Source of the DNA: a virus
Taxonomy: Duplodnaviria > Caudoviricetes
IMG/VR virus record: IMGVR_UViG_3300045741_000104
Location: 2,039-66,038 of that record
Length of the DNA stretch: 64,000 nt
Direction: 5' to 3' (one strand)
Position 1 is the stretch's first letter. Every line of letters starts with the position of its first letter. Position numbers and translations under genes: made by a program. Under the pieces are notes generated by a model that was given only the letters and a program-made list of their open reading frames with translations, did not search any database and was not told the origin of the DNA. Below are positions 1 through 7,830 of this stretch, one piece after another.

Positions 1-160
1 CGGTGCTCTCCTCTAGAGAATACCCGCACCTCTCAATGAGATCGAGGTCGTAAGGCACACTGAACTCTTGCGTTTCTCCACGTAGAATAACAGTGTTTTG
101 TGCTCTGTCCAGCCGAACTACCCGGTATCGTTTGCCGGTGTGGATATTGCGAAAGAACAT
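1..160 (-). CDS. Hypothetical protein, runs off the window edge (MFFRNIHTGKRYRVV...)
   Basis: Its ATG at 160 overlaps the polA TGA stop, with GGAG upstream. The frame stays open to position 1. Confidence 0.55.
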   Translation of the reverse strand, partial: MFFRNIHTGKRYRVVRLDRAQNTVILRGETQEFSVPYDLDLIERCGYSLEEST

Positions 161-2874
161 CATTTTATCTCCTCCAGCGTTCCGTATGAGAAGCCCCACT
201 TGGCATCCCAAGGCATAGGCACAGGCGACTTGAAGCCCCATGCCTCCTCGTAATCGATACTGTCAAGCACAGCTCTCATCTCCATTATGGTGTCAAGCGG
301 TATGTCTTCTTTTACATAGAAGATAAGCCCATCGTGAAGATCGAAAGCAAAGCGCCCTCCCATGTTCCTGACGACAGGAGCAAGCGCCGCCATCGCCAGA
401 TACTTCTGGTCCGCGCCGGTGCCTTGGATGCGGTAGTTGATCGAGGTCGAGCCCATCGACCAGCCCAGCGCTCCGCCCCAGTCGCCCAGCACCGTAACGC
501 GCCGGCCGGCGAACGTCTCCACATAGCCGGTCTGCTGCGTCTGATCGATCTGACGAGCCCAATACTGGCGCACGCCGGGGTAGGTGCGGTGATATGTGTC
601 GCAGATGTCCTGCGCCTCCTCGATGGTCATGTTCAGCCCATACTGGACCCGCGCCACGAACAGCAGCTTCTTGGCCGAGGTCCTATACTGAAGAGAGTTG
701 TGGACAATCTTACCGTTGGCCGCAAACCTGTGACGAGGGCCACAGTTCACAATGTCGTAGACCCACGCCTTGTGCGGTTCGCAAGGTTCTGCTGTCGCGT
801 AGCCAAGCGCAAGTTGCCACGCTCGTAGTGGCCGTCGTTGTCCACTCGGTCGATGTCCAGTCGTTTGTAGGTGGGGTGTGGAAGATGCTCCTTGACCCAC
901 TCCACCGCCTCCTTGACGGAGGCAAAGCGACACTCGATCCCACGCCCGCCGTAGTTGTGGTAAGACTTGTCTGATGGATTGTTGCAGCGTTGAAACCATG
1001 CGTTCACACGCTTCTGCAACGTCTTGTCTACCGCTGTCTCGCAGATCAATCGGCCGCTGGACATGTGGCGCTGGCGCGTAGCGCACGCCTTGCACTGCAC
1101 CGAGCGCCCCGTTTCCATGAACCGCAGATTGGCGTCCCTCTTCACTCCACAGTCGCAGCGCGCCTGAACATAGAGCGCCCCCGATTTCTGAAAGGGTGCG
1201 TCGGACAAGACCGTCCACGATCCGAACCGTTGACCGGAACTGACGCGGCCATCCCTCGCCCAGCGCGGGTTCAATGCGCCAGCCATGTCTGGCCGCGTCA
1301 CGAATTTCGACCCAGTCGCCATCCACCAGCACCTTGTGCTCTGGGGTCGCGGTAAGGCTGTCGTAATTAACGACAACCTTGTAGCCGCTGCACACCACAC
1401 CATCATGGCTGACAAAATCTTGCCCGTCCCAGACAAGATCGTCAGCACGCACATGTTCGATACTGCAAGGACCGCGATCTGTCAAGACTTGGGTTCCGGC
1501 AGCCATGCAGAGGTTAGCGATCTTGCCGAGCTGGCGCTGCGCCTTGGCGACCTTATCGCCGGTGTGGACGCGCCGGATCAGTTCCCGGTAGTCCACCCGC
1601 GCGATGGCCGCTCCCATGAAGCTGTGGGCGTCCTCACCGGGCTGGCACAGCCCCAGCATCGTCTCGTCGCCCGAGGCGACCGCCATCCACCTGAACTCTT
1701 GGCTGGCAGCGTCGAACTCGACCATGCGGTAGCCCAGCGGGGCGCACAGGATCGACCGATACTCAGGCCCACGCTTGATCTGGTGCAGGGCGAAGCCTGT
1801 GGGCAGGTCGACGTTGCGCTCCTTGCCCGTCTTGGGGTTCACCTCCCGCGCTGGCTGGTCGGAGCTATAGGTCATGCGCCCCGAGTAGGTGCCGAACATG
1901 CGCGCCTGCGGATGGGCGCAGCCGTCGCCATTGTAGAGGGCTGACGCCAGCGGCGTGTCGGCGAACTTGGTGCGGTTCCCGTTGGCGTCCCTGAACGCCT
2001 TGACGATCTCAGCCCTGACATCCACCAGCGCCAGCTCGTGCAGCGTCTCCTTGCCGGTGCTGTTGGCCCCGGTGGCGGTCTTGACGACCGGCTCCAGCCC
2101 CCACTTGCCGAACATCAGCTCGCCGAGCTGCTTGGACGAGGCCAGCACCTTCTCTGTGGCCCCATAGGGCTCCAATTCGCGCAGGGCGTAGGCAGCCTCG
2201 CTGTTCAGGTGAGCCTGTAGTTCCGCGGCGGCGATGATGTCGATAGGCAGCCCGCGCAGGTTCGCCAAGGCGACATGGGGGATCGAGTGCGCCTCGATCA
2301 CCGCCGCCTGAAGCTGCGCCGGCGTGAGCAGGTTGAACCACCGCTTGGCCAGCGTGATGGTCAGGGCAACGTCCATCTCGTTATACTCGGCGAGTTTCTT
2401 CAGCTCGTCGGGATCGGTCGAGTGAAAGTCGATCTCCTCCTCATAGCCGGCGAACTCGGGCAGGAACTCCCGCACACAGGTCTTCAGGCTGTAGGACCGC
2501 TTGCGCGCGCGGGCGATGTCATACTCGGGATCGACATCGTAGTGCTTCCACAGCAGGTAGCCATCGAGCCAGAAGACCCTGAACACCAAGTCTTCCAGCC
2601 CGTAGGCGATCAGCCACTGGATATCGAACTGCACGAACCAGCCGACAATGCTTCGCTGTTCGCGAATAGCGAACTCCAGCATGGCGCGCATGTCGTCCTT
2701 GGACGGGAACAGCTTGCTGACCACAAGCCACTCGCCATCCTTGTAATAGCGCCAGACGAAGCTCGTGACCCACGCATCGCCAGTGGCGACCCTCCATGGC
2801 TGAAGGGCATACTCTGGCTTCGTGCCCGACGTTTCAACGTCGAAGCCGATCACTTGGTTATTGTCCCAGCTCAC
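160..2874 (-). CDS. polA: Family A DNA polymerase with 3'-5' exonuclease domain, intein-containing
   Basis: Exonuclease motifs FDVETSG, FDIQW, YNEMD. Polymerase motifs TYSGRM, FDAASQEFR (A), RQLGKIANL/SLQY (B, split by the intein), NYRIQGTGAD and DLHDG (C). Confidence 0.95.
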   Translation of the reverse strand: MSWDNNQVIGFDVETSGTKPEYALQPWRVATGDAWVTSFVWRYYKDGEWLVVSKLFPSKDDMRAMLEFAIREQRSIVGWFVQFDIQWLIAYGLEDLVFRVFWLDGYLLWKHYDVDPEYDIARARKRSYSLKTCVREFLPEFAGYEEEIDFHSTDPDELKKLAEYNEMDVALTITLAKRWFNLLTPAQLQAAVIEAHSIPHVALANLRGLPIDIIAAAELQAHLNSEAAYALRELEPYGATEKVLASSKQLGELMFGKWGLEPVVKTATGANSTGKETLHELALVDVRAEIVKAFRDANGNRTKFADTPLASALYNGDGCAHPQARMFGTYSGRMTYSSDQPAREVNPKTGKERNVDLPTGFALHQIKRGPEYRSILCAPLGYRMVEFDAASQEFRWMAVASGDETMLGLCQPGEDAHSFMGAAIARVDYRELIRRVHTGDKVAKAQRQLGKIANLCMAAGTQVLTDRGPCSIEHVRADDLVWDGQDFVSHDGVVCSGYKVVVNYDSLTATPEHKVLVDGDWVEIRDAARHGWRIEPALGEGWPRQFRSTVRIVDGLVRRTLSEIGGALCSGALRLWSEEGRQSAVHGNGALGAVQGVRYAPAPHVQRPIDLRDSGRQDVAEACERMVSTLQQSIRQVLPQLRRAWDRVSLCLRQGGGGVGQGASSTPHLQTTGHRPSGQRRPLRAWQLALGYATAEPCEPHKAWVYDIVNCGPRHRFAANGKIVHNSLQYRTSAKKLLFVARVQYGLNMTIEEAQDICDTYHRTYPGVRQYWARQIDQTQQTGYVETFAGRRVTVLGDWGGALGWSMGSTSINYRIQGTGADQKYLAMAALAPVVRNMGGRFAFDLHDGLIFYVKEDIPLDTIMEMRAVLDSIDYEEAWGFKSPVPMPWDAKWGFSYGTLEEIK
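697..1509 (-). mobile_element. Intein (271 aa) inserted in PolA motif B
   Basis: Block A CMAAGTQVLTDRG, block B LTATPEHKV, block F VYDIVNCGPRHRF, block G IVHN followed by Ser+1. Removing it restores KIANL-SLQY. Confidence 0.93.
747..1322 (-). CDS. HNH-type homing endonuclease overprinted in the +1 frame inside the PolA intein (start at 1322 or 1286)
   Basis: GQRFGSWTV, ARCDCG, CKAC, RCNNPSDKSYHNYGGRGI and LDIDRVDNDGHYERGNLRLATRQQN are hallmark motifs of phage HNH-type endonucleases. AAGGTG lies 7 nt before the ATG at 1322. Confidence 0.85.
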   Translation of the reverse strand: MATGSKFVTRPDMAGALNPRWARDGRVSSGQRFGSWTVLSDAPFQKSGALYVQARCDCGVKRDANLRFMETGRSVQCKACATRQRHMSSGRLICETAVDKTLQKRVNAWFQRCNNPSDKSYHNYGGRGIECRFASVKEAVEWVKEHLPHPTYKRLDIDRVDNDGHYERGNLRLATRQQNLANRTRRGSTTL

Positions 2875-3058
2875 TTAACCGCTCCTCGATAGCTTCGCTG
2901 ATGGCGCGCAGGAACTCAAGGCGCGTCATCTCCTGTAGCTGATACTCCAAAAACACCTCCAGCGGCACAGGGCGAGCCGGACCACCGTCGATATGTTTGG
3001 ACCAGTTATGATACCAAGAGTGCAGAACTTTCTCGGCAATGGTCTTAGGCTCGCTCAT
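2858..3058 (-). CDS. Hypothetical protein
   Basis: Overlap-coupled to both neighbours in the minus-strand operon. Confidence 0.6.
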   Translation of the reverse strand: MSEPKTIAEKVLHSWYHNWSKHIDGGPARPVPLEVFLEYQLQEMTRLEFLRAISEAIEERLSELGQ

Positions 3059-3471
3059 ATCGGAAACTCCGTAATGGTGAAGCCGGGCTCGGGAGACTTG
3101 TGATGCGCGACCGGATCGACATGGTGCAGCCAGCCGTCCGCACCCTTCACAAAGAAGGCCACCTGCATTTCGTCGATGTTGGTGTTCGGGTCGATGCTCT
3201 CCCCCTCGTCGCCGGTCCCCATGATGAGGGCGTTACCAGCTAGGATCGCCGTCTGACCAACGACCGCAAAGAAGCGGTCGGTGCCGTTCAGTAGCCCCTC
3301 GTCGTCGACATAAACGGCATCGCCGTTGGCGAGGCCAACGCAGTCGAACGTGCTGGCCTTCAGATGCTGGTATATCTGCTCGATGTTGTCCTGCTCCAGC
3401 TCAACCTCACGCACCTCGAACTTGGTGGTGTCGATCAGGATCGCCTTATGCGTTTTCATCTGGGGCTCCAT
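3055..3471 (-). CDS. DUF3846-like phage protein
   Basis: YVDDEGLLNG and LAGNALIMG motifs. Confidence 0.65.
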   Translation of the reverse strand: MEPQMKTHKAILIDTTKFEVREVELEQDNIEQIYQHLKASTFDCVGLANGDAVYVDDEGLLNGTDRFFAVVGQTAILAGNALIMGTGDEGESIDPNTNIDEMQVAFFVKGADGWLHHVDPVAHHKSPEPGFTITEFPI

Positions 3472-3709
3472 AGTAAATGTGTCCGAGGCGACGAAACTGG
3501 TCGTCGGTTATGACCGCATGATATTCGCTATCCAGTTTCGACTTCAGCATGCTGATCGCGTTACACGCGCGCCATGCCTGCGCCGAATGTTTTTTGGTGA
3601 ACGTCTCCCCTACAATAACGGAGATTTCGGTCATCAAATCGTTGACCTGTCGCACCTTCTTGGCGAGCACCAAGTGTTCTTCAAGTGTAGCTCTACGTTT
3701 CATCATCAT
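3446..3709 (-). CDS. Hypothetical protein
   Basis: AGGAG RBS and operon packing. Confidence 0.6.
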   Translation of the reverse strand: MMMKRRATLEEHLVLAKKVRQVNDLMTEISVIVGETFTKKHSAQAWRACNAISMLKSKLDSEYHAVITDDQFRRLGHIYYGAPDENA

Positions 3710-3867
3710 TCTCCTAGGACTTGCGCAATTTCAAAGGTATGAATGTTGCGCCATCTATTGATGAAGTGGCGCATGTATGCTTCATGCGCCGCATCGTGCG
3801 ACTTATAAGGGCCGAACACAAGATAGTCGGTTCGACCCTCATTGAAGTAGACGATGATGCAATACAT
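3706..3867 (-). CDS. Small hypothetical protein (53 aa, MYCIIVYFNEG...), not in the ORF track
   Basis: Fills the gap exactly, with TGATG and ATGA overlaps at its ends and GGAG upstream. Confidence 0.5.
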   Translation of the reverse strand: MYCIIVYFNEGRTDYLVFGPYKSHDAAHEAYMRHFINRWRNIHTFEIAQVLGE

Positions 3868-4088
3868 CAGTCTCCCCCATACAGATTGTTAAAGATCACC
3901 TCGCGCTCAGCGACGTAGCCGCCGTAGCCGTTTATCATGTTGACGACCACTTCCTTGGTGATCGCTGTAGTCTCGATGCGCTCCAGCTTGTAGCGTTCTC
4001 CTTTATGACTGCGCGCGAACTTGCGTGCAGCATCCAGCGTGGCAAAGACACGCGCTCTGCCTATCAGTTCAACTTCATACAGTCTCAT
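3867..4088 (-). CDS. Hypothetical protein
   Basis: GGAGG upstream and ATGA overlap with the preceding gene. Confidence 0.6.
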   Translation of the reverse strand: MRLYEVELIGRARVFATLDAARKFARSHKGERYKLERIETTAITKEVVVNMINGYGGYVAEREVIFNNLYGGD

Positions 4089-4399
4089 GTCCGTTTTCCT
4101 CCCAAAATCTCCGAGACACGGCCACCGTCAACATTGAACCGGCGACCGATGGTTGCCATGTGCATACGCGGATGGTCGGCCGCGTATGCTTTGATCTGAC
4201 GCTTCAACTCGGGCGTCACTTTCGCCCGTGTGTGAGGCGCGCGGCGCACTGCCGGGCGGCGATACAACTCGGCTACATACGTCCGAATATTACGCGCCTT
4301 CGCCTGCAACTCCTCGGCGTCCATCGCCAAGTTGACAGCCATCTCCTGAAGCTGCGCTGCCATAATAGTCAACTCGTCTCTAATCTCTGGTATCTTCAT
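4085..4399 (-). CDS. Putative DNA-binding protein with a C-terminal HTH-like segment
   Basis: N-terminal coiled coil then MATIGRRFNVDGGRVSEIL. AGGAG lies 7 nt before the ATG at 4399. Confidence 0.5.
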   Translation of the reverse strand: MKIPEIRDELTIMAAQLQEMAVNLAMDAEELQAKARNIRTYVAELYRRPAVRRAPHTRAKVTPELKRQIKAYAADHPRMHMATIGRRFNVDGGRVSEILGGKRT

Positions 4400-4528
4400 C
4401 GCCATTCTCCTAAGCGTTAAGTGCGGGGTCACTCGATCACGCGTGGGTAGCGTGTGGAGCAAGGAGATATGTCCTCGTCGAGCCCCCGCTGCCGGTGTTA
4501 CAAAGCCACTTACCGGCTTGGCTATTCT

Positions 4529-5644
4529 TTATTTTACCACCTCATAATCATGTGTCACGTAGCCGATGGAAGCGTCGCCTCTCTGATGGGCGTCGATCCA
4601 TGTGCGCCGCGTTCCGCAGCGCATACAGGTGTGATGGTTTGCGTCCTTCTCCTCCCAGATATGTGTGGTTTCACCGCATCGAGGTGATGCCAGATAATAC
4701 CTCCAGTGCCCACGCACTTCATGCGCGCGGCGATGCTGAATGTCGTGCTCAGCTCGACGCAATACCCTCCCCAATGAGCGCACAGTCCTAACCTTCGACG
4801 TATCAATCTCAATACACTGATAATCTAGGTAAGGAATATTCTTTAGCCGCTTGCGATAGGTCCCTGTGCGCGGCACATGGATCGTTCTTGTCGGCACATA
4901 GTTGATCGCTGCGAGCATCATAACCAGCAAACGGATGTCGCCACTGCACGCAATCGCGATATTGTGAAGTTTCTCGACATAAACCCGCAGCGCCTCGCCG
5001 TCCATTTTCTGCATATTCTGCGCAATAGTTCGCGCATACAGCGTCACGCCGATATGCTGAAGATGGTCCATGATACGCTCTACATCAGGAGAGTTCTGGA
5101 TACCCCAACAGATCGCTGACAGGTCACGCATGGTGCGCAGGATGCCCTGATGCCCTTGTGCTTGCATCTCAGGTGCAAACTTCTTGGTGTTTTCCGGCCC
5201 GAAATAATGCACGAATGGCATCGGGGCGAACACATCCGCCATGTCGCTGGTGTAGGTGCGTGCGATCCAATCCGTAGGCGTCCCGTTATTACGTGAAATC
5301 CAGAAGCCGACCACTCCCTGCTCGGGGTAATCCGAAACCCCGCGCGGTTTAACACCGACCACGCCACTCAGACTAATGGCGCGGTCGATATCCGCTTCTC
5401 TATACTCGAACCACACATGCTCGAACGGCAGATAGGCTAGAGAGCTACGCGCGATGATCTGGTCTAGCCGTCTAGGCGAGGTCGACATGATGCGGGTCAG
5501 GAAGTCTTCGCTCAAGTTGAACCTGCGTGTCTCTTTCATCCGCATGCGCACTTTTGTGAGCCCCATAGCGGAGAACTCCTGCATAGCGCGGTCAGCGAGT
5601 GTGAAGTCAGGCGTGCCCATCACCCATCCCTCCAGAGTATCCAT
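4529..5644 (-). CDS. Phage hypothetical protein with a C-terminal HxVRGHWR motif
   Basis: RRAHEVRGHWRYY...CMRCG...WIDAHQRG resembles a recurrent phage C-terminal motif. Confidence 0.65.
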   Translation of the reverse strand: MDTLEGWVMGTPDFTLADRAMQEFSAMGLTKVRMRMKETRRFNLSEDFLTRIMSTSPRRLDQIIARSSLAYLPFEHVWFEYREADIDRAISLSGVVGVKPRGVSDYPEQGVVGFWISRNNGTPTDWIARTYTSDMADVFAPMPFVHYFGPENTKKFAPEMQAQGHQGILRTMRDLSAICWGIQNSPDVERIMDHLQHIGVTLYARTIAQNMQKMDGEALRVYVEKLHNIAIACSGDIRLLVMMLAAINYVPTRTIHVPRTGTYRKRLKNIPYLDYQCIEIDTSKVRTVRSLGRVLRRAEHDIQHRRAHEVRGHWRYYLASPRCGETTHIWEEKDANHHTCMRCGTRRTWIDAHQRGDASIGYVTHDYEVVK

Positions 5645-5701
5645 ACGATAGAGGCTATCAAAGCCGCTGAAACACTCATCAAACTCATTACAATACCAAG
5701 C

Positions 5702-5710
5702 ATTATACCA
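5702..5710 (-). promoter_or_regulatory. Extended -10 promoter element (TGGTATAAT)
   Basis: TGn-TATAAT in the intergenic gap upstream of the 4529-5644 gene. Confidence 0.45.
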
Positions 5711-5741
5711 TAGATAACGTCGCGCATCTTCCCCTCCTGAT

Positions 5742-5764
5742 GGGGGAGGCTAAATGCCTCCCCC
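5742..5764 (-). terminator. GC-rich hairpin, probable terminator
   Basis: gggggaggc-taaat-gcctccccc directly after the stop at 5772. The U-tract is weak. Confidence 0.5.
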
Positions 5765-5771
5765 AGCTATG

Positions 5772-6077
5772 TCACGCAGCCTTCCGACGGCGCGTTGTGA
5801 CTTTCTTCGCGACCTTCTTGGGAGCTGGCGGCAGAGATTTTGGCTTACGCCGCACGGCGGCAGCTTTCTGCTGCGCCTCGAACTCCTGCACATCACGCAG
5901 CATGAGCTGTGCCCGCACATTCATCTCACCAAAGATTTCGTGCAGCTTGATCGAGCTGTTGTCCTTCAGCGAAGTGACATACATCTCCGCAACACCAGTG
6001 ACGAACTCGTCAATGGTCGCGGTCCGAGCGAGGTCATACAGCCTATCGCTAAGCGTCTTTCGGATACCTCTAGGCAT
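5772..6077 (-). CDS. Hypothetical protein with a basic histone-like tail
   Basis: GAGGAG RBS; C-terminus PKKVAKKVTTRRRKAA. Confidence 0.6.
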   Translation of the reverse strand: MPRGIRKTLSDRLYDLARTATIDEFVTGVAEMYVTSLKDNSSIKLHEIFGEMNVRAQLMLRDVQEFEAQQKAAAVRRKPKSLPPAPKKVAKKVTTRRRKAA

Positions 6078-6080
6078 AAC

Positions 6081-6380
6081 TCAATGCTCCTCATCAAGGA
6101 GCCTATCGGCCAGCTTGGCGACCGAGTAGGGGGACTTACGGAACGCCGCAGGGCGCGGCGCAGGCATCGTAGTGGACACCGGCTCAGCCGGTTCCACGCG
6201 CATGTTGTCCATGATTGAGTGAAGGTAGGCTGTCGTCTCATCAAGGTTGCCCCCGAACGCCAGCTTGCTGACGCTGTTGGAAACGTCGTAGACCACGAAC
6301 CCACCACCGCTGCCAACCATGATCGTCAGTGTCATGGTCGGGGTGTCATCATCAGAAATCATCATCTTCTCCTTCGGCAT
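6081..6380 (-). CDS. Hypothetical protein
   Basis: Operon packing. The start may be about 6365 after AAGGAG. Confidence 0.55.
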   Translation of the reverse strand: MPKEKMMISDDDTPTMTLTIMVGSGGGFVVYDVSNSVSKLAFGGNLDETTAYLHSIMDNMRVEPAEPVSTTMPAPRPAAFRKSPYSVAKLADRLLDEEH

Positions 6381-6648
6381 CTTCGCTCAGAAACACTGCC
6401 ATAAGAAATTCGCTGCTGCCTGAGCCTGTCGCAACACGAACCTCTATCTGCTCATCGGGCCCCCAGTCAGGGGGCACGACGCGCATGATCTCTCCGATAG
6501 GCGTGGCACGATCATGTATCATGATAACGCCATCACCTAGCCATTGTGGGGGACGCATCAGTGTGTGCCCGTGCAATTCTAGAAAGCGCGCAAGGCGCGT
6601 CTCGATACGACGCACGCGATGGCCGATCTCCTCGATTTGCTGGTCCAC
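6352..6648 (-). CDS. Hypothetical protein
   Basis: GAGGAG RBS before a GTG start. Confidence 0.6.
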   Translation of the reverse strand: MDQQIEEIGHRVRRIETRLARFLELHGHTLMRPPQWLGDGVIMIHDRATPIGEIMRVVPPDWGPDEQIEVRVATGSGSSEFLMAVFLSEDAEGEDDDF

Positions 6649-6658
6649 TTTATTCTCC

Positions 6659-7720
6659 TCATCTTCCTAGATTGGCCGCGAGCATATCCGCCAAGGTCTC
6701 GGCGTCCATGCCCTCGGTGTCCAGAATATCCGCGATCTCTGTTGGGTAGTCGAGCAGAAGATTGAGCAGCTTCTGATAGTTGGTCGAGCCGCTGGTCAAC
6801 GAACGCTCGGCTGCGAAGTCGCCCTGATCGAAGATGATCGGATAGTTGGACCGCGTAGCGTTCACGCCGCCCTTGATCCAGTTCGCATGATCCCAATCGT
6901 CATAGTGATCGGTCCAACGATAGCGACCCGCACCGCCCCAATACTCGACCACCTTGGGATCACGTTCAGCCACCAGCTTGCTCGTATCGACCTCCGTTAT
7001 ACGTTCGAGTAGATCGTAGGCGAAGTCGAAGTCCTGCCATTCCTTCTCGGTGTGAGCCGAGTGATAGCCCACCGAGAGGTTGGTGCACTCGGGGATGATC
7101 TCGGAATACTTGGCAGTGTCGGTGAACAGGCCGGTGTCATCCGGCTTATACTTGCCCCCGAGCTGCGCAGCCATGGACTTGGCAAACGCATCGCTTGCCG
7201 TGCGATGGCCCTGATGGGTGATCACACTGTCGTATCCCTTGCGGTCGAAGGCGATGGCAAACTGAACACCATCGAGCAGGCCGGGATCGTTCTTGGCCAG
7301 CCACGACGAGCCAAGCCCACCACACTCCTCGTCACGATGGAAGATGTAGTGACCGGGGATGCCGCGCAGGATCATCTGGCGCATGATCCACACACCAGTC
7401 GCGCAGTCCGCGCCAAGGCAGGCAGGCTTGCCCGGCTGCTTCTCCTTCAGCATGAACAGCCCATCGCCCTTCAGCACGATCTGACGCCCGCCATAGCTGT
7501 GAACGCTATCGGTGTGGCTAGACCAGAGGACATTGGTGTTACCAATGACGAGGTGGCGGTTGCCATAGCCATCGCCCCACACACCGGGGATGGTGTCGAC
7601 GAACTTGTTGACGAACGCCTGCTCTGCCTTGGTGCCGGCGGGCCGGCAATACGAAAGCATTTCGTGCATCTCTATAATCGCCGCCTTCTTGGACGGCAGC
7701 TTCTGGGTATTAAAAGACAT
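6659..7720 (-). CDS. Zn-dependent M28/M20-family peptidase or amidohydrolase
   Basis: Metal-ligand motifs SHTDSVH, LGADCATG, DEECGGLGS, FDRKG and NLSVGYHSAHT. Confidence 0.85.
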   Translation of the reverse strand: MSFNTQKLPSKKAAIIEMHEMLSYCRPAGTKAEQAFVNKFVDTIPGVWGDGYGNRHLVIGNTNVLWSSHTDSVHSYGGRQIVLKGDGLFMLKEKQPGKPACLGADCATGVWIMRQMILRGIPGHYIFHRDEECGGLGSSWLAKNDPGLLDGVQFAIAFDRKGYDSVITHQGHRTASDAFAKSMAAQLGGKYKPDDTGLFTDTAKYSEIIPECTNLSVGYHSAHTEKEWQDFDFAYDLLERITEVDTSKLVAERDPKVVEYWGGAGRYRWTDHYDDWDHANWIKGGVNATRSNYPIIFDQGDFAAERSLTSGSTNYQKLLNLLLDYPTEIADILDTEGMDAETLADMLAANLGR

Positions 7721-7830
7721 GACGTTCTTCCTTGTTGGATTGGCTCGCACGACGCGAGGCGTTCGCCCAGATCATGGGCAGGAGGTTGACGAGGGCGACG
7801 ATTGCCGCCCCCGCCATGAGTGCGAGTTCA

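Noticed and set aside
747-1454. Reading the PolA intein as a frameshifted pseudogene, or using the GTG at 1454 as the HNH start
   Set aside because: The PolA frame is uninterrupted and both splice junctions are intact. The segment upstream of about 1322 overlaps intein blocks A and B and shows no endonuclease features.
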